IMG/VR virus record: IMGVR_UViG_2595698869_000001
Location: 171,214-221,828 of that record
DNA: 50,615 bases
Origin: a virus
Taxonomy: Duplodnaviria > Heunggongvirae > Uroviricota > Caudoviricetes
Reading direction: 5' to 3' (one strand)
The position numbers and the translations under genes were made by a program. Position 1 is the stretch's first letter. The number at the start of each line of letters is the position of its first letter. Below, piece by piece: positions 26,404 to 35,071 of the stretch. Under the pieces are notes generated by a model that ran no database searches, was not told the origin of the DNA, and saw only the letters and a list, made by a program, of their open reading frames with translations.

Positions 26404-26933
26404 CCCCGACCGATGAGCTTTTGAACCGCGCCGCCCAGCGCCTGGAACAGCGTGGCGGGCGAGACGCCTACAGCGCCCTGCTCGACGTCTCGCAAGGCGG
26501 CGAGAGCATCGCCGAGGCCCTGGAGGCGGTGATCCTCCACCTGGGCCTGCCCTATGATCCGACCCGTCGTCTGCGCGGGCCGGTCCTGCGCTGGTGCCTC
26601 GCCGAGGACCGCACCCAGACCCAGGTGCTGGGCGCCCTGCGCGGCGCGGCCCTGTCCATCAAAAAGGCCCGCATGAGGGACCCTTACGAGATCATCAACG
26701 GCTGGTGGTGGCTGAGCTTCGCCGACGACACCGGCTTCCTGGGCGTGGCGGTCCTGCACGCCGAGAGCTTCGACGCGGCGCTGCGCAAGAGCGGAGCCAC
26801 CGGGCTCAATCCGGGCGGCTCGGTTCAGGGCGTGCCCCTCCCCGAGGAGTACGTCCCGGCCGAGCCCTATCGCAATCGCCTGCTGAACGCGGCCGAGGCC
26901 ATTTCCGCCGGCGGGATCAAGGTGAGCGCATGA
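26400..26933 (+). CDS. hypothetical protein with N-terminal degenerate DUF6197-like domain (177 aa)
   Basis: LLNRAAQRLEQRG...RWCLAEDRTQTQVLGALRGAA parallels the two paralogs upstream. Confidence 0.65.
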   Translation: MTPTDELLNRAAQRLEQRGGRDAYSALLDVSQGGESIAEALEAVILHLGLPYDPTRRLRGPVLRWCLAEDRTQTQVLGALRGAALSIKKARMRDPYEIINGWWWLSFADDTGFLGVAVLHAESFDAALRKSGATGLNPGGSVQGVPLPEEYVPAEPYRNRLLNAAEAISAGGIKVSA

Positions 26934-27409
26934 CCGAGGCCCGCATCTACAACGGCGCGGCCGGCGCCATCTTCATCCGCAACCCCAAGTACGGGGTGAT
27001 CGAGACCGACTCCCTGGTGGTGATCGACCGCCCGGACGACCTCGACCATCACGGCCTGATCGGGCGGCTCCACATCCAACCCGGCATGGACACGGTGATC
27101 GTCAAGGCCGGCGTCGTCCACGTCAACGTCTATCCGTGTCAGGTCCGGCCGCTGAAGCTGGGCGAGCGGATCGGCGACCCCGAGGCCAACGCCCACCTCA
27201 ACCAGATCGCCGAGATGGTCGGCGAGGGCGAGGACGTCGGGGCGGCCTGGGAGAGCGTCCAGGCGATCATCACCGAGCGGGACAACCTCAAGACGGCGGC
27301 CGAGCGCGTGCGCGACTGCCTGCGGTCGGCCAACCTGACCGACTCGGTTCAGGACGTCCGCTACGAGATCGAGACGGCCGCCAATTTCATCGCCGAGGCC
27401 CTGTCATGA
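26930..27409 (+). CDS. hypothetical protein (159 aa)
   Basis: ATGA coupling. Confidence 0.75.
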   Translation: MTEARIYNGAAGAIFIRNPKYGVIETDSLVVIDRPDDLDHHGLIGRLHIQPGMDTVIVKAGVVHVNVYPCQVRPLKLGERIGDPEANAHLNQIAEMVGEGEDVGAAWESVQAIITERDNLKTAAERVRDCLRSANLTDSVQDVRYEIETAANFIAEALS

Positions 27410-28167
27410 AGGTCCCGCTGAAGCAATGCCCGCCCGGCCCGTTCCTCTATGAGGGCGTCCTGGGCTTCAAGACCGAGTACGGGGCGATGTCCACGCGCGA
27501 GCTTCCGAGCCCGCCGCTGTCGGGGCGCCACCAGCGCGAGTGGTACGTCACCGACCACGCCGACGCCTATTGCATGTCGTCCGGCGAGGCCTTCTGGGCG
27601 GGCGCCAAGACGCGCGAGGAGCGGGACGAACTCCTGGTCCAGCCGCTCTACGAGGGCTGGCTGAAGCTCAACCGACCGAGCGATCGCGAACCCTCCGCCC
27701 TGGAGCGGGCCTTGGTCGAGTGCATCGCCGTCGCCTCGCTCTATGATAATCCCGCCGGGGTCTACGCCAAGAACATCCTGGACGCGATCAGAACGGGTGG
27801 CGATGAAGGCCTCAAGGCGCTTGCCTCGCCGCTCTCCGAAGTGGTGCGGGAGCGTGATCGCTTGAAGCAGGCGATCGACACGGCCCTGGTCCAGATCAGC
27901 GGTGGTCTCTGCTACTTCACGGCCGACGCCAAGCACGCCCAGCTTCGTGATGCCGAGAAGACCCTGGAGCGGGCGCTGAATGGCGACGAGACCCCGTTCG
28001 AAAAGCGGGTCTATGGCGAAGAGCCGGCGGCCGACTGGAGCCTGGAGCTTCACGTCTTTCACGCCGCCAACAACCCCGACCTGCCGCAGGCCACGCGGGA
28101 GCTTCTCAAGACCCTGTGGAAGGCCTACTGCGAGATGGAACAACGCTGCGAAGGAGCCTCGACTTGA
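27406..28167 (+). CDS. hypothetical protein (253 aa)
   Basis: ATGA coupling. Confidence 0.75.
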   Translation: MKVPLKQCPPGPFLYEGVLGFKTEYGAMSTRELPSPPLSGRHQREWYVTDHADAYCMSSGEAFWAGAKTREERDELLVQPLYEGWLKLNRPSDREPSALERALVECIAVASLYDNPAGVYAKNILDAIRTGGDEGLKALASPLSEVVRERDRLKQAIDTALVQISGGLCYFTADAKHAQLRDAEKTLERALNGDETPFEKRVYGEEPAADWSLELHVFHAANNPDLPQATRELLKTLWKAYCEMEQRCEGAST

Positions 28168-28712
28168 ACATTCTGCAAGACCTCCTCGCCCACCCCGAGA
28201 ACATGACGGACGCCTACGCGTCCTGCATCTCGATGCGGATCGGCGACACCCTGGCCAGCCCTCGGCGCCAGGACCTCTTCGATCTGGCGACCACCCTGAC
28301 CTCGATCTCGCACGCCCTGCTGGCCCAGGCCCCGCAGGAGGTGCGCAACGTCCTGATCCACGACAAGGGCGACATGGGCGATCCGGTCATGGTCGCCTTC
28401 CGTCTCGGGCAGTTGTCCATGGCCGGCGAGATCATGGGCTACGAGGCCAGCCGCCGGGCCGATGACGACATCATCGAGGTGGTTCGCGCCCACCGGGGCT
28501 TTCTGTCCGACATCGCCGCCGGCCGCAACACCCAGCGCGAACTCGCCGCCCAGTTCGGGATGTCGGGTCGGGAGGTCCGCGTCACCCTGCGGCTCCTCGG
28601 GAGCAAGGGCCTCGTCAACACCGTGCTCGGCAAGAAGGTCGGCGAGTTCGAGGCCCGGCTGACGCCACTGGCCGAATCGGTGCTCGACCAGATCAGGAAG
28701 GCCGCCGCATGA
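28164..28712 (+). CDS. putative DNA-binding protein with C-terminal winged HTH (182 aa)
   Basis: TQRELAAQFGMSGREVRVTLRLLGSKGLV...ARLTPLA; TTG start after AAGGAG. Confidence 0.7.
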   Translation: MNILQDLLAHPENMTDAYASCISMRIGDTLASPRRQDLFDLATTLTSISHALLAQAPQEVRNVLIHDKGDMGDPVMVAFRLGQLSMAGEIMGYEASRRADDDIIEVVRAHRGFLSDIAAGRNTQRELAAQFGMSGREVRVTLRLLGSKGLVNTVLGKKVGEFEARLTPLAESVLDQIRKAAA

Positions 28713-29065
28713 GCGAGGGCGCCAAGCGCAAGCGGGCCGCCCGGCGCGCGCCGCAAAAGACGCTGATCGAAAAGCTCGACACGATTCTCGACGAGAGCCT
28801 CGCCGGGATCGAGCATCCCTCGCAGGTGGCGATCAATGTCTGCGTGCCCCGCGCGGACCTTCAGGAGGCCGTCAGGGGCCTGAAGCTGCGGGAGGTGTCC
28901 ACCGGCCTGCCCGAGGACTTCCTGGTCGCCTGGGACGATCTGCGGCGGGCGATCACCGCCGTCGAGACCGCCAGCCTCTACTCGATCGGCGAGGCCGTCC
29001 GCTGGCTGGAGGAAGAGCGCATGAAGTTCGACGCCAAGGTTCGCGACACGGCAAGGTACGCATGA
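28709..29065 (+). CDS. hypothetical protein (118 aa)
   Basis: ATGA coupling. Confidence 0.75.
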   Translation: MSEGAKRKRAARRAPQKTLIEKLDTILDESLAGIEHPSQVAINVCVPRADLQEAVRGLKLREVSTGLPEDFLVAWDDLRRAITAVETASLYSIGEAVRWLEEERMKFDAKVRDTARYA

Positions 29066-29388
29066 CCCCCAAGACCTTCATCGACAAGTTGCGGGTCGGC
29101 GCTCAGAAGGCGCTCGCTCGCTCCAGGGCCTGGACGCCCGAGGAGAACATCGTGCTCCAGACCCTGGTCTGGGCGCCGGCCAACATCCAGCAGCGCTCGG
29201 ACCTCTATGTGGCGGGCGTCATGCGCGGCATGCTGGCCCTGATCTCGACCATGAGCGGCAAGGTCTCCGAGGAGATCAAGACCCTCCTGTGGATGGCCGG
29301 CGAGGCGACCGAGACCAACGCGCCCGTGCCGGACGATCAGGTCCTGGCGGCGCTGGCGGCCCTCGACGGCCTGCATGCGAGGGGCTGA
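29062..29388 (+). CDS. hypothetical protein (108 aa)
   Basis: ATGA coupling. Confidence 0.75.
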   Translation: MTPKTFIDKLRVGAQKALARSRAWTPEENIVLQTLVWAPANIQQRSDLYVAGVMRGMLALISTMSGKVSEEIKTLLWMAGEATETNAPVPDDQVLAALAALDGLHARG

Positions 29389-29783
29389 TGGTCAGCGCCT
29401 ACCAGCAATCGCTCAACGCCCAGGCCTCGGGCCTGTCGACCCAGGCTGATCCGCTCGCCCGAGGCTACTGGAAGAACGGCCAGTGGGTGCGCAACTCGCT
29501 GCACGACCGCCTCAAGGCCTACATCGCCAGGGTCCCGGACGTGGAGTTCCATCGCTACTCGTCGCGACCGGCCGGCGCGATCACCGTCCGGGGCATTTCG
29601 CCCAACGCCTATGTCCCGGTCACCGATCAGAGGAGCCCGCCGGCCCCGTTCAGCAAGGACAGGTGGTGCTACATGCCCAAGACGATGCGCGCCCTGGTGG
29701 AGGAGGGCGTCCTGATGGTCGCCAGCCTCGACGTCCAGATGGACGGCAGCACCAAGGTGGCGATCTACAAGCCGGTGCGCTGA
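29388..29783 (+). CDS. paralog-family (wHTH-like) protein (131 aa)
   Basis: YMPKTMRALVEEGVLMVASLDVQMDG. Confidence 0.7.
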   Translation: MVSAYQQSLNAQASGLSTQADPLARGYWKNGQWVRNSLHDRLKAYIARVPDVEFHRYSSRPAGAITVRGISPNAYVPVTDQRSPPAPFSKDRWCYMPKTMRALVEEGVLMVASLDVQMDGSTKVAIYKPVR

Positions 29784-30061
29784 TGCGACGGTTCATGCGC
29801 GCCCCCAGCCTGTCGACCTATCCGATCCCCTACCAGCTTGAGCGCTACCTGCTCAACAACCGCGACGTGCGACTGGTGCGCTGCCGTGACGGCTGGCGCC
29901 TCCAGGGCCGAACCGGCGTCTTCCACCGATCCCGTGTACCCGGCACCGGGCGCTACTCCTGGCGGTCGGTGGCGATCTGCCTGGACAGCCTCTGCGTGAT
30001 CGAGAGCTATGACGAGACCATGCGCCCCGACGTTGTCGGGCTCGCCAAGGACGTGGTGTGA
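29783..30061 (+). CDS. paralog-family protein (92 aa)
   Basis: QLERYL...GWR...YSWRSV...SYDETMRP. Confidence 0.7.
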   Translation: MRRFMRAPSLSTYPIPYQLERYLLNNRDVRLVRCRDGWRLQGRTGVFHRSRVPGTGRYSWRSVAICLDSLCVIESYDETMRPDVVGLAKDVV

Positions 30062-30423
30062 TGGTCTGGTGGGACCCTCAGGCGCTGGTCAAGAGTCACT
30101 GGTCCTATGATCCGAAGGACGGCACGCGCCCCTATTACATGTTCGAAGGCCGGCGCTACAAGAGCGCCATCGCCGCCGCCACCGCCGAGGTGCTAAGCAA
30201 TCGCCTGTGGGCGTTGTTCGACGTCCTCCCAATCCTGCTGCGCTGCGCCGACGGCTCCTATGTCGTCGACTGCGAACCGATCGGGAGCGAGCCGCACCTG
30301 CCGGCCCCCGACATCCGGGTCTCCAGGCGCATCGCCCTGGGCTTGGTCGAGGCCGGGCTGCTGCTGATCACCGAGTACAACGAGCGCGGCGTCCCTGACC
30401 GCCTGGAGCTTGCCGCCACATGA
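30058..30423 (+). CDS. paralog-family protein (121 aa)
   Basis: RVSRRIALGLVEAGLLLITEYNERGVP. Confidence 0.7.
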   Translation: MMVWWDPQALVKSHWSYDPKDGTRPYYMFEGRRYKSAIAAATAEVLSNRLWALFDVLPILLRCADGSYVVDCEPIGSEPHLPAPDIRVSRRIALGLVEAGLLLITEYNERGVPDRLELAAT

Positions 30424-30686
30424 GAGGCCTTCCCAAGCCCGCCGAGGTCCAGCTTCGCCGGTACCTCCAGGGCGGTCACTTCAAGCACCTGATCCGGGCC
30501 TATCGCGGCTGGCGGCCCTACAATCCCGCCACCGGGACCATCCACGTCGACAAGCGATTCTCGACCAAGACGGTCCAGCGGGCCGTCAGCGCCGGCACGC
30601 TCGACGTCTACGAGTTCGACGAGGAGGGGCAGGTCCAGGTCTACGCCCTCGGCGCCCAGTTCCTCGGCTGGAAGTCCTCGTCATGA
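30420..30686 (+). CDS. paralog-family protein (88 aa)
   Basis: QLRRYL...GWR...RFSTKTVQRAVSAGTLDVYEFDEEG. Confidence 0.7.
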   Translation: MRGLPKPAEVQLRRYLQGGHFKHLIRAYRGWRPYNPATGTIHVDKRFSTKTVQRAVSAGTLDVYEFDEEGQVQVYALGAQFLGWKSSS

Positions 30687-30991
30687 CCCCGCACGAAAAG
30701 GCGATGACCAAGTCGGTGATGCGCATCTGCGACGACATCCGCATGGTCGGCGGCGGGACGGGCGAGGCGACCGCGCTCTGGAAGTTCGTCTACCGCCCGG
30801 CGATCGAGACGGGGCGCGCCGGGCGCTACGCCTTCGTGACGGCCAAGCGCGACATGCCCTTGCCAATGCGGACCGCCAGGGGTTATCGTCGCTGCGAGAT
30901 GGAGGCGGTGGTCGACGTCGGCTATGCGGGGCTGCGCCCCGTGGCCTGGGACGAAACCGGCCGTGTCCTGGAGTATCGGGGTCGGGCGTGA
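30683..30991 (+). CDS. paralog-family protein, weak member (102 aa)
   Basis: VDVGYAGLRPVAWDETGRV. Confidence 0.65.
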   Translation: MTPHEKAMTKSVMRICDDIRMVGGGTGEATALWKFVYRPAIETGRAGRYAFVTAKRDMPLPMRTARGYRRCEMEAVVDVGYAGLRPVAWDETGRVLEYRGRA

Positions 30992-31608
30992 AGGCCGATT
31001 GGCGCGAGACATTGGCGGTCGCTTTTGACCGGCCTCTTCCGGCTGCGGACGAGGTCAAGGACCCCTACGCCTTCGATCCCACCGCGCCGGCCATCATCCT
31101 CGACTTCGCCACCCCGCCCGAGCCGCCGCCCGAAAACGAATATCGCTGGCTGGCCCTGGACGCGGCGGGCGAACCGCTGGGGGAGTTCTGGACCATCCCG
31201 CTGGCGGCCGAGGGGCTCGCCCATATCCTCTACCCAGGCCACGCCCAGATCGTGCGGGGCAACGCCACCAGCCGCCTGCGGGCCAAGCGTCTCTCGCGCC
31301 TCTGCGAAGCCCAGAACTGGCGCTGCTGCTACTGCTATGGAGTGATGCGCCTGCCGGTCGAGTGCCTCCCCCAGGCGCCGGACATGGCGACCCTGGAGCA
31401 CCTGCACCGCCAGACCGACGGCGGCGGCGGGCGGCTGGACAATCTGGTCGCCGCCTGCGCGTCCTGCAACTCCCACCGGGGTGGCTTCACGCCGCTGAAG
31501 TGGTGGAAGGTCCGCCAGCGCCTGCTCCCGGTCTGGCCCGCCTGCACGACGATGACCGAAGCCGCCCGTTACAACCTGCGCGGCTATGGTCCGCTGCGGG
31601 CCGGCTAG
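30988..31608 (+). CDS. HNH endonuclease (zinc-binding, McrA-like)
   Basis: CCYC...ATLEHL...GGG...NLVAACASCNSHRG. Confidence 0.88.
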   Translation: MKADWRETLAVAFDRPLPAADEVKDPYAFDPTAPAIILDFATPPEPPPENEYRWLALDAAGEPLGEFWTIPLAAEGLAHILYPGHAQIVRGNATSRLRAKRLSRLCEAQNWRCCYCYGVMRLPVECLPQAPDMATLEHLHRQTDGGGGRLDNLVAACASCNSHRGGFTPLKWWKVRQRLLPVWPACTTMTEAARYNLRGYGPLRAG

Positions 31609-31625
31609 GTGGAACAACCGTTTTT

Positions 31626-31653
31626 GGTTGTATTTCCGGAATACAACCTTTTT
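31626..31653 (+). terminator. intrinsic terminator (alternatively part of a tandem operator)
   Basis: GGTTGTATT / AATACAACC stem, 5-nt loop, TTTTT. Confidence 0.6.
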
Positions 31654-31672
31654 CGGTTGTAGCGCGATTGTG

Positions 31673-31702
31673 TTGACAGGGTTTACAGAACCGGGCTAGA
31701 CC
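31673..31702 (+). promoter_or_regulatory. sigma70-type promoter
   Basis: TTGACA-N18-TAGACC (GCTAGACC). Confidence 0.7.
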
Positions 31703-31709
31703 GGAGGCC

Positions 31710-32138
31710 ATGATGGCTTCCGCCCCGTTCATCCCGTTGCTCCTCAAGGTCGGCGCGACCCGCCGGCGCTTGGCCGCCGCGCCCCAGCGGGTGCGCGACA
31801 AGGTCAACGCCCAGGCGGAGTTCTACACCGACGCCAAGGAGAAGGCCCGCCGGCGCCGGGCGTTCATCCTGACGGCCCTGCTCGACGAGTTCTTTCACGG
31901 CACGGTAGTGTTCGAGCGCAACGCCCACGGGACCTACGACGCCCATTTCACCGGCACCTCGGCGCAGTTCCAGGCCCTGGACCGGCCGAGCGCCCACCTC
32001 CTCCTGGACGCGCGGTGGTCGCTCAAGACCCTGCGCTATCCCCTGTCGGTGGGCGATCTGGTGGTCGACGCCATGGACGAGAACAGGACGCCGCTGCGGC
32101 TGATCCAGCCCCCGATCCTTCCGGAGGACGCGGCGTGA
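31710..32138 (+). CDS. paralog-family protein (142 aa)
   Basis: RWSLKTLRYPLSVGDLVVDAMDENRTP. Confidence 0.7.
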   Translation: MMASAPFIPLLLKVGATRRRLAAAPQRVRDKVNAQAEFYTDAKEKARRRRAFILTALLDEFFHGTVVFERNAHGTYDAHFTGTSAQFQALDRPSAHLLLDARWSLKTLRYPLSVGDLVVDAMDENRTPLRLIQPPILPEDAA

Positions 32139-32491
32139 AGCGCCAGACCCAGATGGACCTCAACGGGATCACCCGCGCCGAGGCCGCCTGCGTCGCGGCC
32201 CTGATCCACGGCACGCGGCTGAAGTTCGTCGACCGCGCGCCCGACGGCTATTATCGGGTCGTGGCCATGGTGACGCGCGATCTCACGCACCAGAAGCCCG
32301 ACGGGCGGGTGCGGCTGAAGTGCTACGAGCGCAAGTTCTCCCGCCCGACCATCGACAAGCTGGTGGCGCGCCGGGCGCTCCAGGTCGTCCAGATGGACGA
32401 GCAGGGCCGCGTCCAGATCGCCGCCTCGGCCGAGATGGTTCACGCCTGCATGGCGCTGCACGGGATCAGACTGAAGAGGCCCGGCGGATGA
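32135..32491 (+). CDS. paralog-family protein (118 aa)
   Basis: KFSRPTIDKLVARRALQVVQMDEQGRV. Confidence 0.7.
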   Translation: MKRQTQMDLNGITRAEAACVAALIHGTRLKFVDRAPDGYYRVVAMVTRDLTHQKPDGRVRLKCYERKFSRPTIDKLVARRALQVVQMDEQGRVQIAASAEMVHACMALHGIRLKRPGG

Positions 32492-32817
32492 TCCGGCGCC
32501 GCGTCACCCGGCGACAGGCCGAGGCCAGGGCCGCCTATCGCGTCGCCGACGCGGTCGGCTATCTGGGGCCGCACCATCTCCTGGTCGAGAAGGTCCCCGG
32601 CGGCTGGGTGCTGGTCGATCGCCTGGAAGGCAACTACGCCCGCCGCGAGCCGCAGGACTTCATGACCTGCACGACCGACGATCTTTCCGAGGCCACGCGC
32701 TGGGCCTGGAACTCGATCACCGAGGCCTGCGCCCAGTGCCGCCTTTCGCTCCAGGCCATCGCCTGGGATCACCTGCTGCGCCCGGTCCAGTACACCCTCA
32801 ACAAGGAGCCCCTGTGA
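32488..32817 (+). CDS. hypothetical protein (109 aa)
   Basis: ATGA coupling. Confidence 0.7.
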   Translation: MIRRRVTRRQAEARAAYRVADAVGYLGPHHLLVEKVPGGWVLVDRLEGNYARREPQDFMTCTTDDLSEATRWAWNSITEACAQCRLSLQAIAWDHLLRPVQYTLNKEPL

Positions 32818-33146
32818 GCGCCGCCTTCCGCGTCAAGCGCATCCTCGACTACATCGAGGGCCTGCGCGCCATGGGCGATGGCCGCCCCGCGACGATCCAC
32901 GTCGACCACATCCGGGGCGACGTCTACCGCCTGCGGGTGATCGAGGCCAACGGCGAGACGTCCTATGGCTTCTACTCGCCGCGCCACTACTCGGCCGATC
33001 TCATCCCCGCCGCGCGCGGCGTCTTCTCGCGCTTCCGCCTTAGCTCGATCCGCGACGGGGTGCTGCTCTGGCGCGACGACGCGGACCTGGAGATGATCTC
33101 CTGCGACCACCGCCAGCGCCCGATCGACTTCGTCGTCCGCGCCTGA
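32814..33146 (+). CDS. hypothetical protein (110 aa)
   Basis: GTGA coupling; AAGGAG SD. Confidence 0.7.
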   Translation: MSAAFRVKRILDYIEGLRAMGDGRPATIHVDHIRGDVYRLRVIEANGETSYGFYSPRHYSADLIPAARGVFSRFRLSSIRDGVLLWRDDADLEMISCDHRQRPIDFVVRA

Positions 33147-33178
33147 GCCAACGTCGCGAACCGTGACCGTCATGACGC

Positions 33179-33207
33179 TTGACACGCCCGCAGGGCCGCG
33201 CTAACCA
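33179..33207 (+). promoter_or_regulatory. sigma70-type promoter with ~150-nt leader
   Basis: TTGACA-N17-TAACCA (GCTAACCA). Confidence 0.65.
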
Positions 33208-33359
33208 TTTTCCTTAACGCAACCCATACGAAAATCCTGGTCCAGGGCGCCGCTGAACAGGCTCCCCGGCCGCGCGAAGCCCCGGACCCCAAAAGGGTGT
33301 CGCCCGAGGGCGCCGTAGGCGGACGCCAAATTTTTTCGTAAGAATGAGGAAATACATCC

Positions 33360-34481
33360 ATGCCCCGTGGTCCGCTGGTCGAGAAGTACGTCAAGGGCAA
33401 GCTCTACAGCCAGCGCCAGTTCCGCCGGCTCATCATCGACACCCTGCGGGCCATCCTCGATCTGCCCGGCTACGAGAAGGGGGCGCGCGCCCGCGACATC
33501 GCCGACAAGTTCGGCGACCCCGCCTGGGTCGAGGCCGAGAACCTGCGGCTGATCGCCGTCACCCTGAACAACCTCAAGACCCAGGGGCTGGTCAAGCAGA
33601 TCGAGCGCGGGCTCTACAAGGTCAACGAGGCCAAGGTCGATCTGGGCCTGGACCAGATGGAGCAGACCGAGCAGACCATCGCCGAGGTCCTGCGGGCCGA
33701 AGGGGGCTACGCCAAGCGCCGGGTGATCGACCGCGAGCACGACGCCGACAGCCAGTCGACCGACGTCAAGGCCGGCGACATCCAGCGCACCCTCACCCGC
33801 GTGCTGATGAACAGCCAACGAATCCAGAAGGCCTACGGGGGGATGGTCTACGCCTTCTACAACCTCCCCCAGGCCGAATTGTCCCTCCTGCCCCAGATGG
33901 GGAAGTGGCTCCACCTCCAGTCGGCCGCCGCCACCCGCATGCTGACCGGCCAACCCTCCCACGAGGTCTACGGCCTGATCGAGAAGGCCACCCGCCTCCA
34001 GTACCGCCACATCGGGGCGGTCTTCAAGTTCGTAATCGACCACATCGACGAGGACTTCGCCGACGCCGCGCGCGGCTTTGAGCCCCTGCACGAGGCGATG
34101 GCCGAATTCAACGACGCCTTCTCGGACGTCAACGCCGGCGCCCGGAACAAGATCGAGGACCGGTTCGGCCCCGAAGGCGAAGACCACCGCCAGATGCGCG
34201 AGGCCGGCAAGACCTACACCGAGATCGACGACGCGCGCGAAGCGGCCTTGCGCGCCTACGACGCCGAAGCCCCGCTGCGGCTGATCGACCTCTTCTGCGA
34301 GGGAAACCCCCAGGCCCACGAGCGCGCGCCGCTCTCTTTCTACGAGGCGTTCGCCGACTGGGCGATGCTCGACGCGGCCCAACTCAGCCGGGGCATCCTC
34401 GTCGCCGACTTCACCCGCGCCAAGCGGATCAAGAAGCTCGACGACCGGGAAGACGGCCCGCTGCCCGGCTATGAGGGCTGA
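33360..34481 (+). CDS. putative DNA-binding protein with two N-terminal winged-helix domains (373 aa)
   Basis: ARARDIADKF...AVTLNNLKTQGLVKQIERGLYKV plus a second similar unit; GAGGA SD. Confidence 0.7.
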   Translation: MPRGPLVEKYVKGKLYSQRQFRRLIIDTLRAILDLPGYEKGARARDIADKFGDPAWVEAENLRLIAVTLNNLKTQGLVKQIERGLYKVNEAKVDLGLDQMEQTEQTIAEVLRAEGGYAKRRVIDREHDADSQSTDVKAGDIQRTLTRVLMNSQRIQKAYGGMVYAFYNLPQAELSLLPQMGKWLHLQSAAATRMLTGQPSHEVYGLIEKATRLQYRHIGAVFKFVIDHIDEDFADAARGFEPLHEAMAEFNDAFSDVNAGARNKIEDRFGPEGEDHRQMREAGKTYTEIDDAREAALRAYDAEAPLRLIDLFCEGNPQAHERAPLSFYEAFADWAMLDAAQLSRGILVADFTRAKRIKKLDDREDGPLPGYEG

Positions 34482-34529
34482 TCGGCTGGAGGCCCAAAAG
34501 GGCTGGCCGCTCTGGGTTTGTCAACCAAA

Positions 34530-34790
34530 GCCCTACTCCTCTATGGTCCATAAAGGTACACATATTAAATACATTCTTAGTTTACTCTGTATATGTAAAC
34601 CTCTCCCTATACTCTCTATACCCTCTAAAAGCTAACCTAATTAAATACATAGTTAGTAATATGTGTGTCTTTCTACCATTTTACTACCCAGTTATTTATT
34701 ATAGTTAGTTTTTCTCCTATAGTGTAGGGTAGAGAAGAGAAGAAAGGATGAAAAGTGGACTATCTACTAAATGAATAGATAATAATCCCT
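34530..34790. other. AT-rich non-coding island, candidate replication origin / unwinding element
   Basis: 54/180 G+C (30%) by hand count over 34561-34740, against roughly two-thirds GC elsewhere; 18-bp near-perfect direct repeat. Confidence 0.55.
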
Positions 34791-35071
34791 GCCGGGCAGA
34801 CCTCGAAATTGGCGTCGAGCAAATCCCGAGCAAATCCTGGTCGCCTCGCCGCCTCGCCGAGGGGATCGACACGGTATGCAGGACCCGGAGGGAGAGCGGA
34901 GCGTGTCCAGGCCGTGTCGGCGGTGGTCCTGGCGATCTCCCTGCCGGGAGACCCGTCGACCGCCCAACCCGTCGACCGTCCTGCCGAGAAACGACCCGTC
35001 ATCCAACACGGCGTCCAGGTCCCGGAGGGCAAGAGCCCGATAGGGCGGGTTCGGGCCGTGTCGGCGGGGAG

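Noticed and set aside
30988-31608. HNH gene as part of an intron or as the terminase-associated HNH
   Set aside because: There is no interrupted host gene around it, it is coupled within an accessory operon, and it lies 6 kb from terS. It is treated as a free-standing HNH.
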